A stretch of DNA of 60,687 nucleotides, counting the filler, from Dirinaria sp. TL-2023a (taxonomy: Eukaryota), in the NCBI GenBank assembly GCA_051941275.1. It is 2 parts of 2 records of this genome, joined end to end, with 100 filler letters (N's around TTAATTAATTAA, not from the genome) between each part and the next. Parts side by side here need not be neighbours in the genome. Positions count along the whole stretch, not along the records: positions 30,397 to 60,687 come from JAVEBF010000102.1; 1 more part is not named here. The stretch is one strand, 5' to 3'. The notes under the pieces were generated by a model. That model had not been told where the DNA came from. It was given only the letters and a program-made list of their open reading frames with translations, and did no database searches. The translations under genes were made by a program, and so were the position numbers. This document shows positions 51,558-60,687 of the stretch, in pieces. Every line of letters starts with the position of its first letter. Positions within the stretch are counted from its first letter, which is position 1.

Positions 51558-52127
51558 ATGCATAACCCTCAAATCGATACCTAATAGGGTGGTGCATTTG
51601 CCGTCACCGGTCGTCTTCCTCCCGCTTGCTCTTCAACGGCAGCCGCAAACCAATGGATGCCTTGCCCCCCCTTGTGGCTCAGCTCAGGCAAACAAGTGAA
51701 ACGCTGTCGTTACGCACCAATGCCTCCCCAGCTGATACCCCTTTTTCTTTCTCGCCTCCTTCGCGCAGGCGATTTTATCTCAGTGATTTGCGCAGGGAGA
51801 AAGGAACGGCCGCTCTGCTCTGCGGTTGGCAAATGCTGTTACGTAGAGGAACCTGTGCCAATGGTTATTCCGTGCATGCTTAGCGGGATCTGTGGAGTGT
51901 GGGCGATGACGAAGATGCGTCGGAAGTGCATGAACTTATGTGCCGCCACGTTGGTTTTCCCGGCTCCCCGGTCCAGAGTCGGCGCTGGCCGTTCGGCACT
52001 GTCCTGGATCTTCCAATCATGCTTGTGTCTTCTACGTGGTATCAGATGGCTCGGGATCGTTGATGTTCGAACTTCGGGCCTAGCCCTAGGAGTGATTGGA
52101 GGGGGCCGCGAAAGACGGCAGACAATG
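51558..52127 (+). ncRNA. Candidate structured noncoding RNA, family unassigned
   Basis: Nested helices found by eye: TTGCCGTC (51598) with GACGGCAG (52114); AACGGCA (51635) with TGCTGTT (51834); GCCGCA with TGCGGT; TTCTTTCTC (51745) with GAGAAAGGA (51797); ACGTAGAGGA (51841) with TCTTCTACGT (52028); GGCTCGGG (52048) with TTCGGGCC (52073). Non-Watson-Crick pairs are mostly G-U on the + strand. Confidence 0.55.
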
Positions 52128-52439
52128 AGACAAATCAGTACCTTGGTTCTACCAAACCCCAATATTCTATATCAACAAGTTTTACCCACATACTACACAT
52201 TGGCGAGGCCAGAATTGGTCCTCCTGCACAAGACGTCGGGCTGAGGAGACGTTGAATTTCGGGAGAAGAACGATATTCGTGCCTTTGCCACAATGGAACA
52301 TATGCCCGGTCCTGAAACCAGCAAAAAGCGTTTCGATTGTATGTTTTTAGTTTCATGTCATGTTTAACTATGCGTATGTTCACCGTGGAACACCTGATGC
52401 GCAAATGTGGTACCAAAGCCCGTACAGGAGTTCAGGAAT

Positions 52440-54597
52440 TCAGGGGTCTTCGTACTTCATGATACCTTCTTCCATCGCTTTGATTTGCAGCGCCAGCATC
52501 CGTGAGAAATAACGGCATAGGGCAAGGTTGCCTCCAAAGAACCAGAAACCCGGATGACCCGTCCGCCTCCACATAGTTCGCAGTTCGCCCTCGTCATCAA
52601 AGCCCCACACGTCCTATGCCATCACATGTCAGCACCTGCAGAAGGGGGTTGTCTGTGGGAACTGGGAAGGCTTTACATTGACCCGTTCCGCCAGCTCCTT
52701 GCCGAATATCTTGCCAGCCGTCCCGCGCATATTCTCGTATCCAGTTGCGAAGATTATGACATCAGCCGGTAGTTCTGTACCGTCCGCAAACAACAGGCCG
52801 TGAGGTTGGACCTCTTCAATCTCTTGGCCTTGCTTGATTTTGATCTTCCCGTCGATGATGAGCTGTGAGCAGCCGACGTCGATGTAGTAGCCTCCACCAC
52901 GTTGGAAGTATTTCATGAAGAAGCCTACGAAACCAGTCAGTGTTCACTCGTCTGCTGCATGGACAGACACCCTCGCCACTGATGGTGCCTGGAAGGGTTT
53001 TGGGCTTACCTGCATCATCAGGACCTTGGTCGATCTTGAATCCGGCTTTTTCCAAACCTGCCAACAGATCCTTATCTCGCCTGGAGATCTCGGCGGTCGC
53101 GTCGACATGCATGCGTTTGAGCATCTTATTGGGGATGCTCATGAACATGAGATCAGCATCCTCAGTATCTGGGCCCCCTTCTTCGTACAAGCCGTGGAGC
53201 AGAACGTCAAGCCCCTCCTTTGAAGACATCACATACGTCGAGGAACGCTGTACGATTGTTACATCATAGCCATGCTCATAGAAATCTTGGGCAATATCAT
53301 GCCCTGAATTGCAGCAGCCGACCACAATTGCATGCTTCTCTCCGGACTGCAACTTCTTGGCACCTTTGAATTGGCTAGAGTGACAAAGCGTCTCCCCAGC
53401 GAATGAATCCATGCCCTTAATCTGTGGGAACTTCATCTCACCACTGTGTCCAGTAGCTTGGATAATATGCCGAGGATGAAGGGTTCTCTTCTCAATCTCG
53501 CCCGATGCCGTCTTGCGCTCCAGGTGCACGGTCCACTGCCGCTTTCCTTCGTCCCAATCCGCACCGGTGATGGTCGTCGAAGTCCAGACGTTGAGCTCTA
53601 GCAGTCGAGCATAAGACTCGAACCACTCCGCTAACTTGTCCTTTGGCGTAAAGATTGGCCAGTGTGAAGGGAACGGTATGTAAGGCAAGTGATCATACCA
53701 GACCGGGTCGTGCAACACAAGCTGATGGTACCTATAGTATGTTTAGCAAATTTAGATTGTAAAAACAAGACAAGACAGACCTATTTCGCCAATTATCACC
53801 TACTCGGGGGTTGCGGTCGACAATAAGAGTAGGCACTTGAAGTTGCTGGAGTCGAGCGGCGGACGTTAGACCGCCCTGTCCAGCGCCTATAATCATGTGA
53901 GCAGCTGTAAGAGGTGCTCCTCTCCAGGCTAAAACAAACCTATGATAAGGACGGTAGGTTCAAGGTCCCCTTCGAAATTCTCCGTAGCCGTTCGTCGTTC
54001 CGCCCAATTTTTCCGTCCAGGTTGCCCACCGTGAGCGACGCCATGTGGACGGCTCGTTCCCACAGTTTCTTCGTGCTCCTTGAGCTCGTGCATAGCAGTG
54101 AAAAGTGTGAATGCCTTCCATCTCCCGCTACCGTTGGGATCTTTCAGTAGCCGGACTAGACCTCTTCCTCTGCCAATATCTGTTTCAATGGTGAGGAAAG
54201 AAGCAATCCCGTTGATGTTACCTTTGTAATCCACGGCCGAGATACTGGGCTGGCGCGTGGAATTGCTCTTGTCGATGCTGACGCTTTTGATTCGACTACC
54301 CTTGGGAGCGGACTTGAGGAACGCAATGACCTTTTCTGGGCCTGCGAAAGTGTGATAATCCCACGAGAGACCTAATTGGTCTCGCCAACATGCTTCAGGA
54401 AAGAAGATATCCCGGATGGCGCTGTAATCTAGCCCATTGAGTGCTTTGGTTAGAGCAGCCACCCACTCCGAGGCTATGGTATCTACATCTTCGGTCACAG
54501 GAGGAGAGGCTTGCGGGTAAGAGACAGCTTGGAGTTGGCAGGAGCCAGGTTCTACTCGATTATAGGACGGGATGGATTCAACAGCTGCTGCGGCCAT
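52440..54597 (-). CDS. Flavin-containing monooxygenase (type II FMO/BVMO-like, with N-terminal extension)
   Basis: FAD motif VLII|GAGQGGL, GDNWRNR|YHQLVLHDPVWYDHLPY, ATGHSG, FAGETLCHSSQF, NAD(P)H motif VVGCCNSGHDIAQD, GGGYYIDVG and FATGY; four introns; ends GIMKYEDP*. Confidence 0.92.
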
Positions 54598-55450
54598 GAT
54601 GAGAACAAGAAACACTTAGGGAAGGAGGAAACAACAGTATTTTATGGACTGTTTCTGGAGATTTCTGAATGTCGAGAGAGAGATGATAGATGAGTCAGTG
54701 GAACGAGAGGAGACCATCCACACGGACAAACGGCTTGAAGAGTAAATTACCTTATAACCTCCGAATGTAGGTACTAAGGCAAGTATGGAATTCCATTCTA
54801 CATCCCAGGAAGGTTTCATCGCTCCACGACCCCGCCGAAATGTCGGAGATGTATGATGTAAAGCATGTATTCCCCGCATCGAAAAGGAGGTGTCCTTGGC
54901 GCCGATCGTGGAAAGAGATGTCGTTCTAGACTTCGATCGAGAATTCTTGCCTTATCTACTGTACAGTACTTGACCTTACCTTCGCTTTTCGGTAGACCGA
55001 TTGAAGCAATTAGCGAGACTGTCGTTGGGTTGACGCACAGCCAGCTGGATGTACCTACTTGGTGCAGAGCGCTACTACGGCTTCCACAACAGAACCTTTG
55101 CACCCCAAGCTACTCGCAGGAGGGGTATGGAGTCAGACCAGTTGCAGCATGTTCAGGATGATCACCGACAGCTGGATGAATCCAGGCTTTCGGTCAAAGT
55201 CAGTTTTCATGAGGCCTTCACGAAAGGGCCAACTGTCGGAAGCTTCCTGGTTTCAGAGCCTGGAAGAATGGTAATCAAGAAGTATAGATTGATATACAGG
55301 TGAGTAAAGTACGGCCTGTGTGTTTAAAGAAAGATAACATGAATACTGTTAGGATTATTAGGATTATCGGGCTTATCTCAGGAAAGCTTGCAAGTTGCAA
55401 CACTGTAAAAAAGAATGGGCAGGTTTACCCGAATCGCCAAGAAGCAGGGA

Positions 55451-55481
55451 TCGCGTCAACCACGCGAAGCTTTTAACGCGC
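55451..55481. promoter_or_regulatory. MCB-like CGCG cluster upstream of POL1
   Basis: TCGCGT (55451), ACGCGA (55462) and ACGCGC (55476), 130-160 bp upstream of the POL1 ATG. Confidence 0.65.
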
Positions 55482-55611
55482 CTCAAAAGCTTTTCGTGCT
55501 TCTGCTGGAGTAGAGCGTCTACTTGACACTACTACGAATTCCACCAAATATGGAACAGACGGTAGGAGCGTCAAAGGCTGAATTGTGAGTAAGGCGTCTT
55601 AAAATCCCAAA

Positions 55612-58600
55612 ATGTCGTCGAGAGCTGCACGTTTGGCCGAGCTCCGGGCCCTTCGTGCGTCGGGAAAGTCTCGACTTTCGACTTATCAGGTAGAGGACGA
55701 GGAAATTTTGTATGAGGAAGTCGATGAGGAAGGCTACAAAAAGGTTGTTAGAGCTCGATTGGACGAAGACGATTTTGTTGTGGACGACAATGGGCAAGGT
55801 TATGCAGACGACGGCCGAGAGGAATGGATGAGTGAGCGGAGGTATGACAGTGGGACTGGTAGTGAGGAAGAGGCCCCGTTAAGGGGCAAAGCTGGTAAAT
55901 GCTTATCGATCTGTTTCTCGAACGTATTCACTGACGCATGGCTGTTGCAGCGAAGAGAAAGCGCGAAGAGGAAAGACAGAAAACTGAGACGACGAATCAC
56001 AACATCAACAAGTACTTCAGCAAGGGCACAGCTACCGCCGTACCTAAGCCTAAGGTACAATTCGTTTGTTCATGTTCTTGGCTCGCTTGCTGATTAGCTT
56101 TGCAGCCTGTTGCCACGGTTGAGGATGCGGCGTGGATGGCTGATCTGCTGTGCGAAGTCGATACGAACATACCGTCCCGGTTACCCACCAAGACCATCAA
56201 GACGGCTTCTCGTCGGAAAACTCGAGTCTTGTCGCCGCCTGTGTCGCAGGAGAAGAAGATGATGCAATTGCCGAAGACCAAAGATTTCGGAGAAGCTGAA
56301 CACATGCTAAACACGCCACCGATGGAAACGGCGAATGATGACAATGTAGCCTTCCATCATGTTGCGGATGATTACGATGCACCTATGAGTGATCCTCTGC
56401 CATCATCTCCGATTAGCAAAGCAGTGGAACGCAAAGGCCAGCAGGCTGTTAAACAAGAGATGGAGGATGATGACATGCTGGAGATTGCCCAAGTCGCTGG
56501 CGATCATGATATCAAGACTGCTGGTGTGAGCATGTCTGGATCTCGTCCTGCTCCGAAGGTTGATAAGCAGCCTGCATACCCCTCACCAGAAAGCTCCTCC
56601 CCTACGCGGCCGCCAGCCGATGCTGTAGATCCGGCTGCTTGGGTTGACGTTACATCAAAGCTCAATGTTCTCAGTAGCCAGGGTACAGAAACGGCCAGCT
56701 ATGGTAAGATTGATTTGCAGCATGTCACTGAGGAGGATGGTTCTATACGAATTTTCTGGAGCGATTATACCGAGGTCAATGGTTGTCTATGCTTGTTTGG
56801 TAAGGTGAAAGATAAGAAGACCAATACCTATGCTAGCACTTTCATAAAAGTGGACAACATTCTTCGAAAGCTGTACTTTCTTCCCCGAACATATCGTCAC
56901 AGTAAGTCCTCATCTTTACTAACGCGGGATTGGGTAAGCTAACCTGAACAGAGCATGGACGAGATTCATCGACCGAAGTCGAGATGAGTGATGTCTATCA
57001 GGAAGTTGATGAGGTCATGAGCAAACTCCGAGTTGGCATGCACAAAATCAAGCCATGTTCTCGGAGGTATGCCTTCGAATTGCCTGAAGTGCCCAAAGAA
57101 GCTGATTATCTCAAATTGATGTATCCTTATGACAGTAAGTACTCTAGCCTCGGGCGAAAATTATATAACTAAACGGAACTTTAGAACCGGCGTTGCCGAA
57201 TAATATGACCGGGGAGACATTCTCCCATGTTTTCGGTACGACTACTGCTTTGTTCGAGCAGTTTGTCCTTTGGAAGAATATCATGGGTCCATGCTGGCTT
57301 AGTATTAAGGCAGAGGAGTTTGTGCAGCTCAGCAACGCCTCGTGGTGCAAAGTGGAACTCCAAATTACGAATCCTAAAGCTATTACACTTGATCAGGATT
57401 CGGACAAGAGCGATGCACCTCCTCTCACTTTCATGAGCATCGCTTTGCGGACGACGTTGAACGTCAAAGAGAATAAGCAGGAAATTCTTGTTGCCAGTGC
57501 TCGTGTTTATGAGAACATCTCCCTCAACGATACTACGCCCGCGGAAAAACTTCCTTGCAAGTCATATACAATCATCCGACCAGCTGGAACGTCGTTCCCT
57601 ACTGCCTTCGAAGCAGTGAGTAAGAAGCAGAAGAGTAGTATCATACTGGCAAAGAGCGAGCCATTGCTGTTGTCGCAATTTCTCGCTTTGCTGGAGAGGA
57701 TAGATCCAGACGTACTAGTTGGCCACCAACTTCAAGATGTTGATTACCCGGTACTATTGAGCCGAATGAGAGAGAGAAAAACCCCTGGCTGGCATCGAAT
57801 AGGACGGATGAGACGCAGCGACTGGCCAAAGAGCATGGGTAAGGGTGGTTCAAGTTTCTTTGCCGAGAGACAATTAGTATCCGGCCGCTTATTGTGTGAT
57901 GTGGCCAATGACATGGGGAAGGTAAGAGTGATGTAATGCGATGCTCTATGGTTGTGCTGACCTATGGTAGTCACTCATGACCAAATGCCAGTCCTGGAGT
58001 CTGACTGAGATGTGCTCGTTGTATCTTGGCGAGGGTAATTCTCGACGAGACGTTGACAATGAAGATGCACTTAAAACTTGGGCAACAACAAAAAATGGCT
58101 TGTTGAGCTACGTTAACCACTGCGAGGCTGATACATACTTCATTGCAGCTCTCGCACTAAAGGTACAGTTACTGCCGTTGACCAAAGTTTTAACCAATCT
58201 GGCTGGTAACTCCTGGGCTCGAACGCTGAGCGGTACTCGAGCTGAGCGCAACGAGTACATTCTACTCCATGAGTTTCACCGAAACAAGTACATCTGTCCT
58301 GACAAGATCTACGGCAAAGGCAAACCTAAAGTCGAAGAGGAGCCCCAAGAAGGTGAAGAAGGGGTCGATGTCAAGAAAAAAGACAAGTACAAAGGAGGCT
58401 TAGTCTTTGAGCCTGAAAAAGGACTCTACGATAGATTTATCCTCGTGATGGACTTCAACAGCTTGTACCCCAGTATCATCCAGGAGTACAACATCTGCTT
58501 CACTACGGTTGACCGATCCGAGCAGGTAGGTTCTCAGTTCTTAAATCACGAGCAAGGCAAAACTAAATCAGTGGCAGTCCGAAGATGACGATAAAGTACC

Positions 58601-60384
58601 CGAAGTACCGACAGACCAGAACCAAGGCATTCTACCAAAGCTAATCGCCACCCTAGTCAGTCGACGAAGAGAAGTGAAAAGGCTGATGAAAGATAAGAAG
58701 GCCACCCCTGACCAGCTTGCAACTTGGGATATTAAGCAGCTTGCTCTGAAGCTAACCGCAAACTCCATGTACGGTTGTCTTGGATATACGCAATCCCGTT
58801 TCTACGCCCGGCCTTTAGCAATGCTTACAACTTTCAAAGGCAGAGAGATCTTACGGAGTACCAAGGATCTGGCCGAGAGCACCCAATTGCGCGTTATATA
58901 CGGGGATACTGATTCCGTCATGATCAATACAAACGCAGACAACATAGAAGAGGCGTATAAGGTCGGCAACGACTTCAAACGCTCAGTCAACGAACGATAT
59001 AAGCTTCTCGAAATCGACATTGACAACGTCTTCCGCCGGCTCTTGCTCCACGCGAAAAAGAAGTATGCCGCCATTAATATGATCGAAGTAGAGGGCAAGT
59101 ACGTCGACAAGCTCGAGGTCAAAGGTTTGGACATGCGCCGACGAGAATACTGCGCTCTTTCGAAAGACGCCTCTTCTTGCCTTCTGAATATGATTCTCTC
59201 GGGCGAAGAGGCCGAGGTGGTCGTTACCAAGATCCACGACTACCTCCGCGAGCTTTCGGAAAAGATGCGTGAAGAGAAGGTCCCCGCCTACAAATACATC
59301 ATCTACACGGTAACAACCCTTTCTTCTCTCCATTTCGTATTTCGCCATTGACTGATCGCCACGACAGAAACTTGGCAAAAATCCCAAAGATTACCCCAAT
59401 GCAGCCAGCATGCCTCAAGTCCAAGTCGCTCTGCGTGCTCTGGCTCGTGGCCAATCCGTGCGGGTCAACGACGTGATCTCCTACATAACGACCTCGACCG
59501 CCAGCTCCGGCATCCCTTCCTCCGAGCCAGCCGCCAAACGCGCTTTTGCTCCGCCGGAAGTGACCGCAGCCTCCAGCGAGCTAAAGCCGGACATAGAGTG
59601 GTACCTCTACAAGCAGATCTTCCCACCCATCGAGCGACTGTGTGCGCCGATCCCAGGAACAGACGCAATCCAGCTCGCCGAATGCCTGGGCCTAGACACG
59701 AAGAAATACTCCATCGGATCCTCCTCCTCCGCGTCCGCCGCACAAGCAGTCGACATCTCCCCGCTCGAATCCCAGATCCCGGACACGGTCCGCTTCAAAG
59801 ACTGCGCGCCCCTCACCCTGCGCTGCCGCCACTGCAAGCACTCCTTCCCCTTCCTCGGCCTGCCCGCCTCCCTCGCCTGCGTCACCCCGGAAGGCATCCG
59901 CTGCCCTTCCCCGCCCTGCGGGAAACTCCTGCCCACGCTCAGCATCGTCGCCCAGCTCGAGCACGCCATCCGGCTCCACACCGCGCGCTACTACGACGCC
60001 TGGCTCGTCTGCGACGACCCCGCGTGCGGCAACCGCACCCGCAGCATCTCCGTCTACGGCCACCGCTGCCTTGGCCCCAAAGCACGCGCCCGGGACTGCT
60101 TGGGCCGCATGCGCTACGAGTACCCGGAGCGCGAGCTCTACAACCAGCTGCTGTATTTTCGGAAATTGTGGGATGTCGATGGGCCTGCTTTAGCGGCCGG
60201 GGTGAAGAAGGAGGAGAAGGAGGACGGAGGAGGTGAAGGTGAGGATCGAGAGAAAGTGAAAGCGGTCAGGGAGTGGAACCGCGAGAGGTTCGGCACCTGT
60301 ACAAACGTGGTCGAGGGCTATCTGGGCAAGTGCGGCCGGGTGTGGGTGCAGATGGAGGCTTTGTTTGGGTTTGCAATGAAGTAG
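55612..60384 (+). CDS. POL1: DNA polymerase alpha catalytic subunit (8 exons)
   Basis: N-terminal [20 protein letters not shown]; family B motifs [32 protein letters not shown] and YGDTDS; C-terminal Zn fingers (CRHC, CDDPAC). Exons 55612-55894, 55951-56054, 56106-56901, 56952-57134, 57185-57921, 57971-58525, 58578-59309 and 59368-60384. Confidence 0.98.
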
Positions 60385-60687
60385 AAGATCCCAAGAGAGA
60401 GAGAGAGTATGCGTGTGAAGTTTCTCACACAATGAACCTTACCTAAGTAAGATACCTTACCTTAGTCTGTTGGGTCGGCGCATTGAGAGTACTCATACCA
60501 GTACTCGTACTTATCTGGGTACCTTAGTGTAGTGTAGTGTAGATTGGGGTTCGCATACGGATCGATACTCCGGAGCCAAAAAAGAAAAGAGCGAAGTATG
60601 AGATAATCTGAATTATCTCTTTTTATGGACGTTTGTTTTTATCTTGTTTTTTTTTTTTTTTTTTTTTTTAATTTTTGTTTTTTTGGC

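Noticed and set aside
51626..52244. ORFs 51657-52244 (+), 51626-51883 (+) and 51839-52162 (-) as proteins
   Set aside because: Cys/Arg/Leu-rich random-looking translations, better explained as chance frames in a GC-rich structured element.
1..60687. tRNA, rRNA, CRISPR arrays, intact transposase or Starship captain
   Set aside because: None recognised by eye; heavily mutated copies could have been missed.

Overview
Filamentous ascomycete (Pezizomycotina) genomic DNA with short spliceosomal GT-AG introns; a lichen-forming lineage is my inference from the gene families, not proven. The window has three parts. (1) About 1-23.5 kb is a degenerate accessory region with no convincingly intact gene. 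It holds fragments of intron-containing genes (a small Cys-rich protein, a multi-CCHC zinc-knuckle gene with an internal duplication, several unknowns) and patches almost free of CC/GG dinucleotides, pointing to RIP-like C>T mutation in an unusual CpC context. (2) About 23.8-30.3 kb holds a small secreted protein, a PQ-loop transporter, a small membrane protein and a gene start cut by a gap. (3) After an artificial N44-TTAATTAATTAA-N44 contig linker (30297-30396) lies a compact housekeeping block: TOF1/Swi1, 3-hydroxybutyryl-CoA dehydrogenase, Med27, an RRM-like protein, two unknowns, eIF4G, a type II flavin monooxygenase and DNA polymerase alpha (POL1). The most notable unexplained signal is a ~570-nt, densely base-paired, G-U-rich element on the + strand between eIF4G and the monooxygenase (51558-52127) that looks like an unassigned structured ncRNA. 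All identifications are by eye; no searches or folding programs were run.
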